Origin: Candidatus Brocadiia bacterium
GTDB taxonomy: Bacteria > Planctomycetota > Brocadiia > SM23-32
Reading direction: 5' to 3'
Length of the DNA stretch: 64,000 bases
NCBI GenBank assembly: GCA_046538485.1
Contig: JBKHIT010000002.1
Coordinates: 59,608-123,607, forward strand
Shown here one piece after another: positions 9,709-19,857 of this stretch. The notes under the pieces were generated by a model. It was not told the DNA's origin. It saw only the letters and a list, made by a program, of their open reading frames with translations, and did no database searches. Position numbers and translations under genes: made by a program. Position 1 is the first letter of the stretch; every line of letters starts with the position of its first letter.

Positions 9709-10902
9709 ATGCCAGTGCCAAAACCAACTGATATCTGCCTCAGCATTCGGAGTGTTCGCTTTAACGTTCCCGATTCGGACCCAAAATCGTGGGCTGCGGC
9801 GCGTGGCATCATCAAAAAAGTCTCTCCCACCCGAATCGAGTGGTCGTATGTCCGTGATCGGGACAAAATTGATTTTATGAAAGATCGGGCGAATGTATTT
9901 GTATCGTCACTCAATACCATTTCGCCGCCGGGACATGCATTGGATTTTGACGCGCAGCCCTGTATAGCCCCCTGGATGCGGAAATTCGGATCGCCGGGGG
10001 ATCGAAAACCATACATCTGCATGAACAATCCCACGGATTTAGAAAACCGATGTCGGCGCTCAGAAGAACTGATATCCGACGGGGTAACTGACACATTTCA
10101 ATTTGACGACTGGTACGGTAACGCGCAGATGTTCGGTTGGCCGCGGACCCCTTACACACCGACGGCATGTTTCTGCAGCCATTGCATGCGGGAATTCGGA
10201 CGCTACCTCGGACTCGATATAAACTATCGTGAATATCTTGTTGGTCGGGGCATCCGAAGCCGGAAACAGCTGTTTGCGATGGCTGAGCAAGGCGAGGTGC
10301 CCCTTTGGGATGATTTCAAACGGTTTGCCGAACAATCTGTCTACGACTACCTCCGGCGCCTGCGTCAGACGATGGCCCGTCATTTGGGGGAAGAACCGAC
10401 CCTGTCTGTCAACGCGACTGTGAATTTCGATCGGATTGATCTTATCAAAGGTCTGGTCGACTATTTGCACGGCGAGACGCGGAATTTCTCTCCTCAAAAT
10501 CTCTATCGCATGGCAGCGCTGAGTCGCGAGAAAAACCTTCCCCAGGTCGTTTCAATGTTTCCCGATGTGCCGGCCCGTGAATATCACAGCGACGAATTCG
10601 TGGCACGAATTCGCAGGGCGATCGCCGTCTGTTACGCGCTTGAAATGGTTCCGCTCTTCCCCTGGGACGTTTATGCGGGGGATCAGCCGCGCTGGTACGG
10701 ACGCTGGGAAGAATACCGTGACCCTTACCAGAAAGTGCGCGAATCCCCTCATTGGTTGAAAGACTACAGGTGGACCAGGTTAGAGCAGAAAGAGGGGAAA
10801 GTGATAATTTTTGCCGAGCTGACGGATAATTCGCCCATCGGCATTAAACACATAATAGAAGAAGATGGAACATGGGAGATCGAAGAAGTAATGTCGGACT
10901 GA
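9709..10902 (+). CDS. Hypothetical protein
   Basis: The start is placed at MPVPKPTD (ATG 9709), preceded by AAGGAGG 7 nt upstream. It has no recognisable family and contains a CFCSHC motif. Codon usage is consistent with its neighbours. Confidence 0.5.
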   Translation: MPVPKPTDICLSIRSVRFNVPDSDPKSWAAARGIIKKVSPTRIEWSYVRDRDKIDFMKDRANVFVSSLNTISPPGHALDFDAQPCIAPWMRKFGSPGDRKPYICMNNPTDLENRCRRSEELISDGVTDTFQFDDWYGNAQMFGWPRTPYTPTACFCSHCMREFGRYLGLDINYREYLVGRGIRSRKQLFAMAEQGEVPLWDDFKRFAEQSVYDYLRRLRQTMARHLGEEPTLSVNATVNFDRIDLIKGLVDYLHGETRNFSPQNLYRMAALSREKNLPQVVSMFPDVPAREYHSDEFVARIRRAIAVCYALEMVPLFPWDVYAGDQPRWYGRWEEYRDPYQKVRESPHWLKDYRWTRLEQKEGKVIIFAELTDNSPIGIKHIIEEDGTWEIEEVMSD

Positions 10903-10933
10903 CATCTTAGTTCCCTGCTTGAAAGGCCGAAAA

Positions 10934-11974
10934 ATGGAGCGTGAAGACTGGTTTAGAGTTGTTGAAATGAAAGGACCGGGCCCTATCCCGTGTCGACCGG
11001 TTCTGTCAGGTGCAACGTGGAATCAGCACAAAGAGGAACTTCAGAAAATTGTTGACAAATATCCCGACGTGTTTGGGGGCTCATCGCCCAGGGGAAAGTG
11101 GGAAAATTTCGACGACCGCCACAGCATCGAGACCACCATCGATAGCTGGGGTTGTCGATGGGACAATGCCCAGGCCGGTATCGTCGGACAGGTGACCGAA
11201 CACCCTCTGGAAGATTGGGATGATTTTAACGGTTTCGAACCGCCGGATCCGGAGTATAAGACCGACTTTGGGGATAAGGATTGGGACAGCGAACGCAAGA
11301 AGATTAAAGAGGCCAAAGAACAGGGGCAAATTACTGCAGGCGGAGTCAGTCACGGGTTTCTTTTCCAGCGTCTTTATTATCTGCGGGGCTTTGAAAACCT
11401 CATGATGGATATTGCCACCGGAGATCCCAGGCTCCTGAAGCTGATCGATATGGTGGTGGAATTCAACATGAAAATTGTCAAACGCTACCTGTCACTCGGT
11501 GTCGATCTGATGCAGTTCGGTGACGACCTGGGTATGCAGGAGCGGCTGACAGTTTCGCCCGAGCAATGGCGTCGTTATATCGGGCCGGCATACACAAAGC
11601 TGTTTCAGACATGCCGTAATGCGGGCGCTCACGTTCACCTCCATTCCGATGGTTACATCACCGACATTATGGAGGATTTGATCGAAGCAGGAGTGACGAT
11701 TCTTAACCCCCAGGATTTGATCCACGGCCTCGATGTGCTCAAGGGAAAGCTTAAAGGCAAAATTTGCATCGATCTCGACATTGACCGCCAGAAAATCATC
11801 CCGTGGGCAAGTCCGCAAGAGATCGATAATCACATCAAACGATGTATCAAAAAGCTGGGGTCTCGTCAGGGTGGCCTCATGATGGTGTGCGGAATTTATC
11901 CGCCGACCCCCATCGAGAATATTGAGGCGCTCATCAGGGCGATGAGCCGGTACAGAACAATGTACGCGGAATGA
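10934..11974 (+). CDS. Uroporphyrinogen-decarboxylase (URO-D) / MtaA-like family protein
   Basis: LLKLIDMVVEFNMKIVKRYLSLGVDLMQFGDDLGMQERLTVSPEQWRRY...GAHVHLHSDGYI...GVTILNPQ...GGLMMVCGIYPPTPIENIEALIRA matches the URO-D-like TIM-barrel family, which includes uroporphyrinogen decarboxylase and corrinoid methyltransferases. The ORF track start at 10919 is a TTG; the first ATG is at 10934. Confidence 0.55.
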   Translation: MEREDWFRVVEMKGPGPIPCRPVLSGATWNQHKEELQKIVDKYPDVFGGSSPRGKWENFDDRHSIETTIDSWGCRWDNAQAGIVGQVTEHPLEDWDDFNGFEPPDPEYKTDFGDKDWDSERKKIKEAKEQGQITAGGVSHGFLFQRLYYLRGFENLMMDIATGDPRLLKLIDMVVEFNMKIVKRYLSLGVDLMQFGDDLGMQERLTVSPEQWRRYIGPAYTKLFQTCRNAGAHVHLHSDGYITDIMEDLIEAGVTILNPQDLIHGLDVLKGKLKGKICIDLDIDRQKIIPWASPQEIDNHIKRCIKKLGSRQGGLMMVCGIYPPTPIENIEALIRAMSRYRTMYAE

Positions 11975-12071
11975 ACGTATAATCTCGACTCAGAGAAATT
12001 CAGTCAGAATGGACAGTCTCTCGGACTCAGATCCATATTTTTGATTGCTTTTCGAAGATAGGAGTCGATTT

Positions 12072-15000
12072 ATGAAAGTTCACTTTTACCTGTCTTTGCT
12101 GCTGATTTTTGCCCTCGCTGCGACCGCACCTCGGGCCGCTGAAAAAAATCCAGCAGCTCTAATATACGGAGGTATCCATGAAAAATACGTCGCCCGACCC
12201 CTCCACGCTCGGGATATTGAGTTTGATACCTGCACTAAAACGGAAAACCTTCAGGAGCGCTTGGAGAGTGGTAAATTTAATGTGCTTGTTGCCGTAAAGC
12301 TCCTCGGCCAAGAAGGAACGCAGGTGGCGCAGAAACATCTGGCTCGGGGAGGAGGTCTGCTCATCCTGGCGCCGAGCGGTAACCACCATCACACCGAAAA
12401 ATGGACCGCAATGAATCGATGGCTGACTGATATGGGAGCGCGCCCGCGGTGGGAAGTTCTTAAAGAAACGGACCCGGCAAATAGAGTCACCGATATGATG
12501 GGCGTGGGACACAGTTTCACGGATCGGCTGAAGCCGCCGGTCAGTAAGGGGGTGAAGGGCGTTCTTATCATGATGCTTGGCAATCCCGGGGCGGAACCGG
12601 TGATGCCATTCGAGTTTTCCGAAAAATGGGACGTCGTGGTCAGGGGCGCGAAATCCCTCAAAACCGTCATCACCGAGCATCACAGCAAAGGGGCTCACCT
12701 GCAGCCCTGGATACCGGAAAAACCGATCGACAGCGGGCCGGCGTTTATGGGGGGCCGTGATTTTGGCGGGGGGCGCATTGCCGTTACGTCTTTGCGACCG
12801 AAGTGGTCTTTCACGGCGCCCGGTCATTGCCCGACTGTCGAAGTGATGATGACAAAGGGCGAGGACGGCAAACCGAGCGACTGGGTCGGGGTCCTGGCCA
12901 ATACGATCCGTTGGCTTGCGAAACCCTCCCTGAAGAAAGGAATGGGCGGGGCAAAAACGCCGAAGAAACTTTTGCACCGGCCTCGAAAAAAAGTGAAAAA
13001 TCTGGGTCCGAAGAAATGGAAAGGAATCACGGTTCTGAAAAATCGGCCCCAGACGCCCGGCCTCATCGGAGCACGCACAAAACTGTCTTCCGGTTCAGGT
13101 ACGGTGTCGGATTACGTAGAAGAGGCCAAAAACGCGGGGCTGAAATACATCGTTTTCCTGGAAGACATGTTGCAACTTGAGAAAGGCGAATGGGATCAGC
13201 TCGTTGAAGAGTGCAAAAAATACTCGGGAGAAAATGTCCTTGCGCTCCCCGGTTTAACATACGAAGATGCGCAGGGCAATCACCTGTACGCTTTTGCGGA
13301 CAACGTTCAGTTTCCGCGAGAGGATATGGTTCTTGAAGACGGGCGGCTGGCGACGAACAAAAAAAATCGGACCGGCGCGCTTTTCGACTATGTTAATGAG
13401 CTGATGCGGCAGGATATCATCAGCGGATACTGGCGACACGATGAAAACTGGCTCCATTGGGCGGATTATAAGCTCTACAACTCTTTCCCGATCTACTCTT
13501 TCGTTGATGGCAAGCCGGTGGACGATGCGTTTGCACAATGGCGATACTGGATGGATACCGGCGGATGTCAGGCGGCCCTCGCTCTGGAGATTATGACCAA
13601 TCCGAAACAGGTGAAAAAGCGTGCTAAAGGGGGCTGGAAAGTGGTTGCGACGCGTCCGCTGAAAGAACTGGACGGGACATGGCACCACGGGGCCTGGCCG
13701 TTCAACGGACGTTTCTCGCAATACATCACGAATGGCCCGAAAATCCTGGATTGGCGGCGAATCCAGCACCCGAGTGTCCGGGGTGAATGGTGGAGACCGG
13801 ACTTCTGGCAGGTACGTATGGGTTTGCGAGTCAGCTCGGATGCAGGGCTGAAGTCCGTCACAATTTACCGCGGCAATCGTGACGTGGCCCGCCGCTGGAA
13901 GCTCGATGGGGCGCAGGAATTCGAGCATGTTTTCGTTACCACAAACGCGCAGCAACACGGTTTGTTTCTCGTGGTCGAAGATGTGAAAGGCAGACGTGCT
14001 ATCAGCATGGAATACTGGAACCGCAATTTCATCAACGAACAATTCATTTGCGGCGATCGATGCAATTTCCTGGGCAACGCGCGTTTTGTCAGCAAAGACG
14101 GTCGCTGGATCTGGTTACCATGCGGTTTCCAGGGCAATTTGGGTATTGCTCCGAGCAAAGGATCGATGAAAAAAGCGATGAGGTGGGAACCGGCCATTTC
14201 TCTCACTGCCAATGTCCCGACTCTACCAGTCGATGGCCGACCGGTGAGCTGGGATACACCATCCCTCAGTGCGCGCGTCCATGTGCCCGGTGAGTGCAAG
14301 GAATTGTTCACCTATCCCACTAATTACCTGTTCTCGCCGGAAATGATGATTGGACAGGGCAACTTTAAATTGGCTTACGATCCGGCCGAGTACGGCGCCA
14401 GAAAATCTCCCATAGGAATACCTTACGAGGAACCCGATAAACAGGCTCATATCGGGAAGAATGCCTGGACAAGCTGGTTCCATCTGGTGCCCACGAAGTT
14501 TTTGAGTGGTTGGTACCGGATCTGGGCAACACCTGTGCTGGGTACGACGCGGGAACGAGTTGCCCGTTTCGGCGGATTCCAGGCGTCTCCGGTGATGAAA
14601 CGGGATGTGACGCTCGAAGAAGGCGGTTCGGTTGTCCGACTCTGGGGCGGAAAGGGATGGGAAATTTACCGGGGCGATGAGCTGCTGGCCGGGAAGGGTA
14701 CTAAAAAAGCATCAGGAGATTTCGGACGTGGAGCGTTCGCCCTGAAATTCAGTCCCAAAGGTTCGGTCGCCCTCATCGGCAGCGATGCGCCCATGCGGTA
14801 CCGACTTAAAGGCGGGAGACTCAGTATCGTCAGCGTCCACAAACAGCGCAATCTTGAGAAAGGGGGGACGGTGGAATTTTTCATCCCCTGGGTCGGGTTT
14901 TCCGGCGCGGTTTCGCCCGAACGTGCGCGCAAATGTCTCAAGGCGTTCGGCATCCGAAGCCCCGGCAACACCGCTTACCGAGCGGAAGTCAGACGGGGAG

Positions 15001-15455
15001 AGGAAACGGATCGATACCTTTTCTGGCGCACAAAGGCGGAGAATGGGGCTTTTGAGGCCACCGTAAAACGGTGTAAGCTTCTCAATTTCATTCCGCTCAT
15101 AGTTGACGGTCTGCACGAACACTGGTCTGCGCACCTGCTTATTCGCAGCAAAAAGTGGCCCAATCATCGTGCAATACCGGTGCGAAAAGGTCGGGGCTAC
15201 GCACAGCTCGATCCCACCGAAGGCGATATCGATATCTTCGCCGGGCATCCAATCACTTGCGACGACCTCCGTGTACGGCTGACTGTTAATTGGAAAGAAA
15301 GACCCAAAATATGGTTTATCGAGGCCCACAATCCGACCGACGATAAATGCGCGGTCCATCTTCGAAGTTCCGCGGGCTGGGACGTGTTTGATTTTGATAA
15401 GCAGATTGAGCTCAAACCAGGCAGCAGTGAAGTCTGGGAGATCGAAGGGAAATAG
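12072..15455 (+). CDS. Large secreted hypothetical protein (~1127 aa)
   Basis: The start MKVHFYLSLLLIFALAATAPRAAEK has a signal peptide and AGGAG 9 nt upstream of the ATG at 12072. It is a long Trp/Gly-rich multidomain protein. No confident family assignment is possible; it may carry a GATase1 / ThuA-like N-terminal module. Confidence 0.55.
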   Translation: MKVHFYLSLLLIFALAATAPRAAEKNPAALIYGGIHEKYVARPLHARDIEFDTCTKTENLQERLESGKFNVLVAVKLLGQEGTQVAQKHLARGGGLLILAPSGNHHHTEKWTAMNRWLTDMGARPRWEVLKETDPANRVTDMMGVGHSFTDRLKPPVSKGVKGVLIMMLGNPGAEPVMPFEFSEKWDVVVRGAKSLKTVITEHHSKGAHLQPWIPEKPIDSGPAFMGGRDFGGGRIAVTSLRPKWSFTAPGHCPTVEVMMTKGEDGKPSDWVGVLANTIRWLAKPSLKKGMGGAKTPKKLLHRPRKKVKNLGPKKWKGITVLKNRPQTPGLIGARTKLSSGSGTVSDYVEEAKNAGLKYIVFLEDMLQLEKGEWDQLVEECKKYSGENVLALPGLTYEDAQGNHLYAFADNVQFPREDMVLEDGRLATNKKNRTGALFDYVNELMRQDIISGYWRHDENWLHWADYKLYNSFPIYSFVDGKPVDDAFAQWRYWMDTGGCQAALALEIMTNPKQVKKRAKGGWKVVATRPLKELDGTWHHGAWPFNGRFSQYITNGPKILDWRRIQHPSVRGEWWRPDFWQVRMGLRVSSDAGLKSVTIYRGNRDVARRWKLDGAQEFEHVFVTTNAQQHGLFLVVEDVKGRRAISMEYWNRNFINEQFICGDRCNFLGNARFVSKDGRWIWLPCGFQGNLGIAPSKGSMKKAMRWEPAISLTANVPTLPVDGRPVSWDTPSLSARVHVPGECKELFTYPTNYLFSPEMMIGQGNFKLAYDPAEYGARKSPIGIPYEEPDKQAHIGKNAWTSWFHLVPTKFLSGWYRIWATPVLGTTRERVARFGGFQASPVMKRDVTLEEGGSVVRLWGGKGWEIYRGDELLAGKGTKKASGDFGRGAFALKFSPKGSVALIGSDAPMRYRLKGGRLSIVSVHKQRNLEKGGTVEFFIPWVGFSGAVSPERARKCLKAFGIRSPGNTAYRAEVRRGEETDRYLFWRTKAENGAFEATVKRCKLLNFIPLIVDGLHEHWSAHLLIRSKKWPNHRAIPVRKGRGYAQLDPTEGDIDIFAGHPITCDDLRVRLTVNWKERPKIWFIEAHNPTDDKCAVHLRSSAGWDVFDFDKQIELKPGSSEVWEIEGK

Positions 15456-15471
15456 GGGCCAGTATGTCGAG

Positions 15472-17601
15472 TCAATCTGCGTTTCCAATCGGTCGCTCTT
15501 CACCGTCAACTTCAAAGTAGGTACCGTCTCCGATGGCGTAATCCAGGACATTGCCATTTTCCACATCCCGTCTCACAACGCACCAGCTACCGAGAGCTTT
15601 TACGCCGGCGGCCTGCAGAACGCCGTGTTCGTGCGTCCGGATCAATACGTCTTCGACCCCGTCGAAAGTTATCCGCACGGCAATCGACTGGGGAAGACTT
15701 TTGATTCGCTCAACTTCGGGTGGGGGTTCTTCTACCCGTCGCGGCAACAACAGGGACATGAGACGGCCGTTGTATCCGGCGATTCGGGCGACCAAACGCG
15801 GCCGACGAAACGCCGAGTAGTGAACCTGCTCGGCAGGACGGTCGAATTTCTCCATGTGAGATTCCACCGACCCCAGGTATTCGTAAGAGCTTGGTTCCGC
15901 CACGTCCTGAAACAGCTCTTCAAGCACATGATCGCGGGGATATTGTTCCGGGGCGGGCAACGCAAAACGAACATCGAGCGCTCCTTCGCCCCGCCAGCCG
16001 AAGACCGTTGCTCTGTCTTCGGCGATTTCAATCGTATTCTCCGGGCAGGCGTGAAACTGCCACCAGTACTCGGCCCATTGGTTATTTTTGTTGATGTCAT
16101 CCACGATCCAGATGTAAGGTCGAGCGGCCTGGCCTTTCACGAATCCAATCCGCCGCCGCGCCCGGTAACAATCGTGCTGCAGGGTGCTGTCGACAAGGGC
16201 CGTATCCACGAAGTTGCCGGGGGTGTATTCTTTCAGAGTCCCGGCATGGTCCATGAATTGCCAGGCCCCGTCGGTACTGCGGCCGCTTTTCCCATCGATC
16301 AAGACTACGTTATGACAGTTCTGCTCCATGTTGTAGCGGCCGGGGCCGATGGCGAAGTATTCTCCCAGTGCCGAAACCATGAAATGCCCGCAGCTCGCGT
16401 GTTCGTGTCCCATGGCAGCCGGGCTTCTCTGGGAGGAGTCAAATGCCAGGTAAGCATCGTCTGGTTCCCAGCCCGACCGGAACGATACCATGCCTCTGCG
16501 GGGGGCCAGAAACTGGGTGGGGACATCCGTTTCCGATGGGGGCTTTCCCCGGTCGAAACTGTCCGCGAGCAGGACGGAGTAGAAGGTATCTTCCACCTGC
16601 ATTCCGTTGCCCAGATCGATATCCCTCTTATCGGACAGATGAGTGAGCAACCAGATTAGTGTGGGGTCATGGGTCTCGTCGGCGAGCCGAGCGAGAACGA
16701 ACGTGCGCAGTCCGAAATCGTCTCCGTGATCGCCGGTGGTGGTCAGATGCGTACCCCAGGGCTGGAGCATGTGGAGCATGGCGCGCCCGAATTTGGCGTA
16801 GCGTGGGCACTTTTCATAAACATCGTAGATTCCGGCGCGTCTCAGGATTTCGACGGTGTGGGCGAGACGGGCGGTCATTAATGTGCCGTATCCCATGTCT
16901 TCTTCCGGATAACCGTTCGGACCGAGGCAGCCGTGGACGATGGCTTCGATCATGGGAATGACCTGCGGCCAGAGTTCTTCAGCGCCCTCGACGCAGGGCT
17001 CACCTTCAAGACAGAGCAAAGCCTGCACAGCATTCAGCACGCCGCTCATGGGAATATTGGCGCCCGGACCTTTGAAAATGCGGACCGAAAGGTCGTTCAG
17101 GTTCTCCTGGACCCCGTGTTCCCATGCCCAGGAGCAGATTTTTTCTTTTTCGTCATCCTCAAGGTCCTGGGCCACCATATCATAGGCCTGGCTTATGAGA
17201 CCGACGCCGTTGTAGGAGAGGGCAAGGCGTCCCTGTCCGGAACTGTCGAAATCGGGGATCACCCGAAACAGCCGTTTCACGGCTTTCAATGCTTTCTTAT
17301 CCCGGTCCAGCAGATAGATCAGGGCCATATCGACGATGCCGGTTGTGCGCCCTCCTTTCACGAGTTTCTGAGTTTTCGAACGCGGTTCACCGGTTGCCTC
17401 GCGGAGTTCCGCATCCGTGTCGAATTCGAGTACTCGTTCGACCTGCGAGTGGACTCGCTCGCGGAACGCTTCTACGATTGTCCGACCGTGACCGGAGGAC
17501 AATTTTTCCCGCAGCGCGGGCAGGTCATCGATTCCGAAATGTATTCTCGGCCGTGAGCGATTCGTGCGTAGCTCGTTGGCGGCTCCCCAATCGTAGTTCA
17601 T
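15472..17601 (-). CDS. Heparinase II/III-like (polysaccharide lyase, alpha/alpha-toroid plus beta-sandwich) family protein
   Basis: GHEHASCGHFMVSALGEYFAIGPGRYNMEQNCHNVVLIDGKSGR, followed by a C-terminal beta-rich region, resembles the heparinase II/III and alginate-lyase-like fold. The start is taken at MNYDWG (ATG 17601, GAAGGG upstream). No signal peptide is evident. Confidence 0.5.
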   Translation of the reverse strand: MNYDWGAANELRTNRSRPRIHFGIDDLPALREKLSSGHGRTIVEAFRERVHSQVERVLEFDTDAELREATGEPRSKTQKLVKGGRTTGIVDMALIYLLDRDKKALKAVKRLFRVIPDFDSSGQGRLALSYNGVGLISQAYDMVAQDLEDDEKEKICSWAWEHGVQENLNDLSVRIFKGPGANIPMSGVLNAVQALLCLEGEPCVEGAEELWPQVIPMIEAIVHGCLGPNGYPEEDMGYGTLMTARLAHTVEILRRAGIYDVYEKCPRYAKFGRAMLHMLQPWGTHLTTTGDHGDDFGLRTFVLARLADETHDPTLIWLLTHLSDKRDIDLGNGMQVEDTFYSVLLADSFDRGKPPSETDVPTQFLAPRRGMVSFRSGWEPDDAYLAFDSSQRSPAAMGHEHASCGHFMVSALGEYFAIGPGRYNMEQNCHNVVLIDGKSGRSTDGAWQFMDHAGTLKEYTPGNFVDTALVDSTLQHDCYRARRRIGFVKGQAARPYIWIVDDINKNNQWAEYWWQFHACPENTIEIAEDRATVFGWRGEGALDVRFALPAPEQYPRDHVLEELFQDVAEPSSYEYLGSVESHMEKFDRPAEQVHYSAFRRPRLVARIAGYNGRLMSLLLPRRVEEPPPEVERIKSLPQSIAVRITFDGVEDVLIRTHEHGVLQAAGVKALGSWCVVRRDVENGNVLDYAIGDGTYFEVDGEERPIGNAD

Positions 17602-17885
17602 CTTGTTGTTCCCTTCGGTTTTAGGCCCGCTGCGCTTGCGGAGCAATTTAAACTTCTCGTCTTTGGACAGTGGAATCTGTAAGAGACGGGCTCGAGATGG
17701 GCGGCGCCAAATTAATCTGTTATCGTATTATGCGCGTCTAAAATTTGTCAAGACTAATTATCCGAACGAGATCCCCAGTGATCTATGACAGTGGATTTTA
17801 TGGGTTCAGTGGGGCGATGGCAGGGAATATCTGGGTTGCTGGGAATTGAAGGGTACACGCCGAACGCAATTCATTGAGCGGCCGT

Positions 17886-18530
17886 TCACCCGGCATGAAA
17901 CGTATTGATCAGGCTCTGTCCCTTCAGCCGGTCGGAAAGGGCCTCAATGGACATTGGTTTTTGGGTTGAGATGTCTATTTTTGATGGGCGGCCCGGACGC
18001 AGGTGGATAAAATTGTCGCTGTAGCTGGCCCCTCGACCCGGCAGTTCCAGCCAGCTCCACAAAGCGGAGCGGGATGCACTCAAAGAGATGGTGAAAGAAG
18101 TCTCGCTGTTCTCACGGATTTCGGTAGAAATGTCCGGACGCTGGATGTCAATGTGTTTGGGGCGCGCAAACAGCACGAGATTCTCTGAAACGATTTCCCC
18201 CTTCACCTGCATCTCCAGGAACAACAGCAGATTGCGCAGTTCGGCGTCGCTGGCAAGTCCCCCAATGTCCAGAGTATCGACGTGCGTATCGGACAGGGGT
18301 TTTGCTTCCGCGTTCAGCGGTCCTTCCTTTATCTTGCGACCATCCGCGTGATAAAGATACCAGCCGATCTCGACCGGCATGTGTTCCCGGTGATCATTCG
18401 TTCCGTGGGGACAGATGAGGACGTCAAATTTTACTTCCGCGAAAGTCGCCCGCGATGATGCACGGGAAGGCGGCCAGCGGGACGAATCATGGACTACACT
18501 TGAAGAGTATATGGCGGAGCACGATGTCAT
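17886..18530 (-). pseudogene. Orphan C-terminal fragment resembling the terminal beta-sandwich domains of a GH2 beta-mannosidase-like glycosidase
   Basis: The 214-aa ORF ends ...LWSWLELPGRGASYSDNFIHLRPGRPSKIDIS, reminiscent of the GH2 beta-mannosidase C-terminal SDNYFDLLPGE region. No upstream ORF on this strand could supply the expected ~600-aa N-terminal catalytic portion. Confidence 0.3.
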
Positions 18531-18786
18531 GGCGATCCCGCATCACCGAAAGCGGTGGGGAATTTACCGTGACGAGTCCCGTGTGGGAGAGAAGGTAACG
18601 GACTGCGGTTCTGAGTAAGCTCATACAGCTATCAAACACCTAAGCGAGCCAGAGCATACACTGCTCGCGGGTTGCACGCGCTTGACGCGTGGGCCGCAAC
18701 GGGTAAAAATAAGAACGGTTTAAAGGTGTTTGCCAGACGGTTTTTGAAATCGAAAATCAATATGGGGAACGGGGGAGAGAGGAGAA

Positions 18787-19806
18787 ATGATGGGTGACGA
18801 AGCGGATGTGCAATTGGTTGAAAAGGCCCATGCGGCCCGCGACAAAATCCTTGGCGAAGTACAAAAAGTCATTATAGGGCAGGAACGACTGATAGAGGAG
18901 GTTCTGATCTCTCTATTTGCCGGTGGGCATGTACTTATGGTGGGTGTGCCGGGATTGGCAAAAACGCTCCTGGTTCGGACGCTGGCGAAAACTCTTTCTG
19001 TCGAGTTCAAGCGTATCCAGTTTACTCCGGATATGATGCCTTCAGATATTACCGGCACTGAAGTTCTCGAGGAAGATCATGCGACAGGGGGAAAGCAATT
19101 TGTTTTCGTCCAGGGGCCGGTTTTTACAAATCTCCTGCTGGCTGATGAGATAAACCGCACCCCACCGAAAACGCAGGCGGCTCTTCTGGAAGCTATGCAG
19201 GAGAAGGATGTTACGGTTGGCAAGCAGACGTATGGTCTGGATGAACCTTTCATGGTAATGGCCACGCAGAATCCAATTGAGCAAGAAGGCACATACCCGC
19301 TTCCAGAAGCACAGCTTGATCGGTTTATGTTCATGGTTATGGTCGATTATCCGGCGCAGGACGAGTTGAAAGAAATCATCCGCGAGACGACAGTTGGTCA
19401 CCTGCCCGAACCGGATTCGGTTCTGACTGGTGAAGATGTCGCAAAATTGCGAGAGACAGTATGGACGATTCCGATCAGCGACCATGTGCTTGATTATATT
19501 GTCCGAATCGTTCAGGCCACTCACCCGGATGAGGAGAACGCTGCGGAGATGGTGAAGAAGTATCTTTCGTGGGGAGCCGGGCCCCGCGCGGGCCAGTACC
19601 TCAGTTTGGGAGCTAAATCGCGTGCGCTGCTTCGCGGGAACCTCCAGGCGACCGCGGAAGATGTCCGCGCGGTTATTCACCCCGTCATGCGGCATAGAAT
19701 GGTCACGAATTACACCGCTCTTGCCGATGGGGTGGATACGGATGATGTGATCGATGATTTGCTGAAAGTTGTGCCGGAAGCGCCCAAGGAGAAAGTTGGC
19801 GCCTGA
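18787..19806 (+). CDS. MoxR-family AAA+ ATPase
   Basis: Walker A appears in LMVGVPGLAKT, Walker B in LLADEINRTPPKTQAALLEAMQE, and the sensor region in VMATQNPIEQEGTYPLPEAQLDRF. A GAGGAG ribosome-binding site precedes the ATG. Confidence 0.9.
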   Translation: MMGDEADVQLVEKAHAARDKILGEVQKVIIGQERLIEEVLISLFAGGHVLMVGVPGLAKTLLVRTLAKTLSVEFKRIQFTPDMMPSDITGTEVLEEDHATGGKQFVFVQGPVFTNLLLADEINRTPPKTQAALLEAMQEKDVTVGKQTYGLDEPFMVMATQNPIEQEGTYPLPEAQLDRFMFMVMVDYPAQDELKEIIRETTVGHLPEPDSVLTGEDVAKLRETVWTIPISDHVLDYIVRIVQATHPDEENAAEMVKKYLSWGAGPRAGQYLSLGAKSRALLRGNLQATAEDVRAVIHPVMRHRMVTNYTALADGVDTDDVIDDLLKVVPEAPKEKVGA

Positions 19807-19857
19807 CGGTTCTTTCACGGGGTTCCTCCTTTTCATTGGTTCTGAGCTGAAAGAAAT

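Noticed and set aside
12159-14042. Long minus-strand ORFs (12159-12977, 13254-14042)
   Set aside because: They are antisense to the well-supported 12072-15455 secreted-protein gene, and no family resemblance is evident.
15388-16659. 423-aa ORF on the plus strand
   Set aside because: It is entirely antisense to the heparinase-like gene (15472-17601). The amino-acid composition is Arg/Gly/Pro-rich and low-complexity, which is typical of antisense frames in GC-rich DNA.
18531-18786. Possible TTGACG-N17-TAAAAA promoter upstream of MoxR
   Set aside because: The -10 match is poor (TAAAAA against TATAAT), and planctomycete promoters are not well defined. It is too weak to list as a feature.
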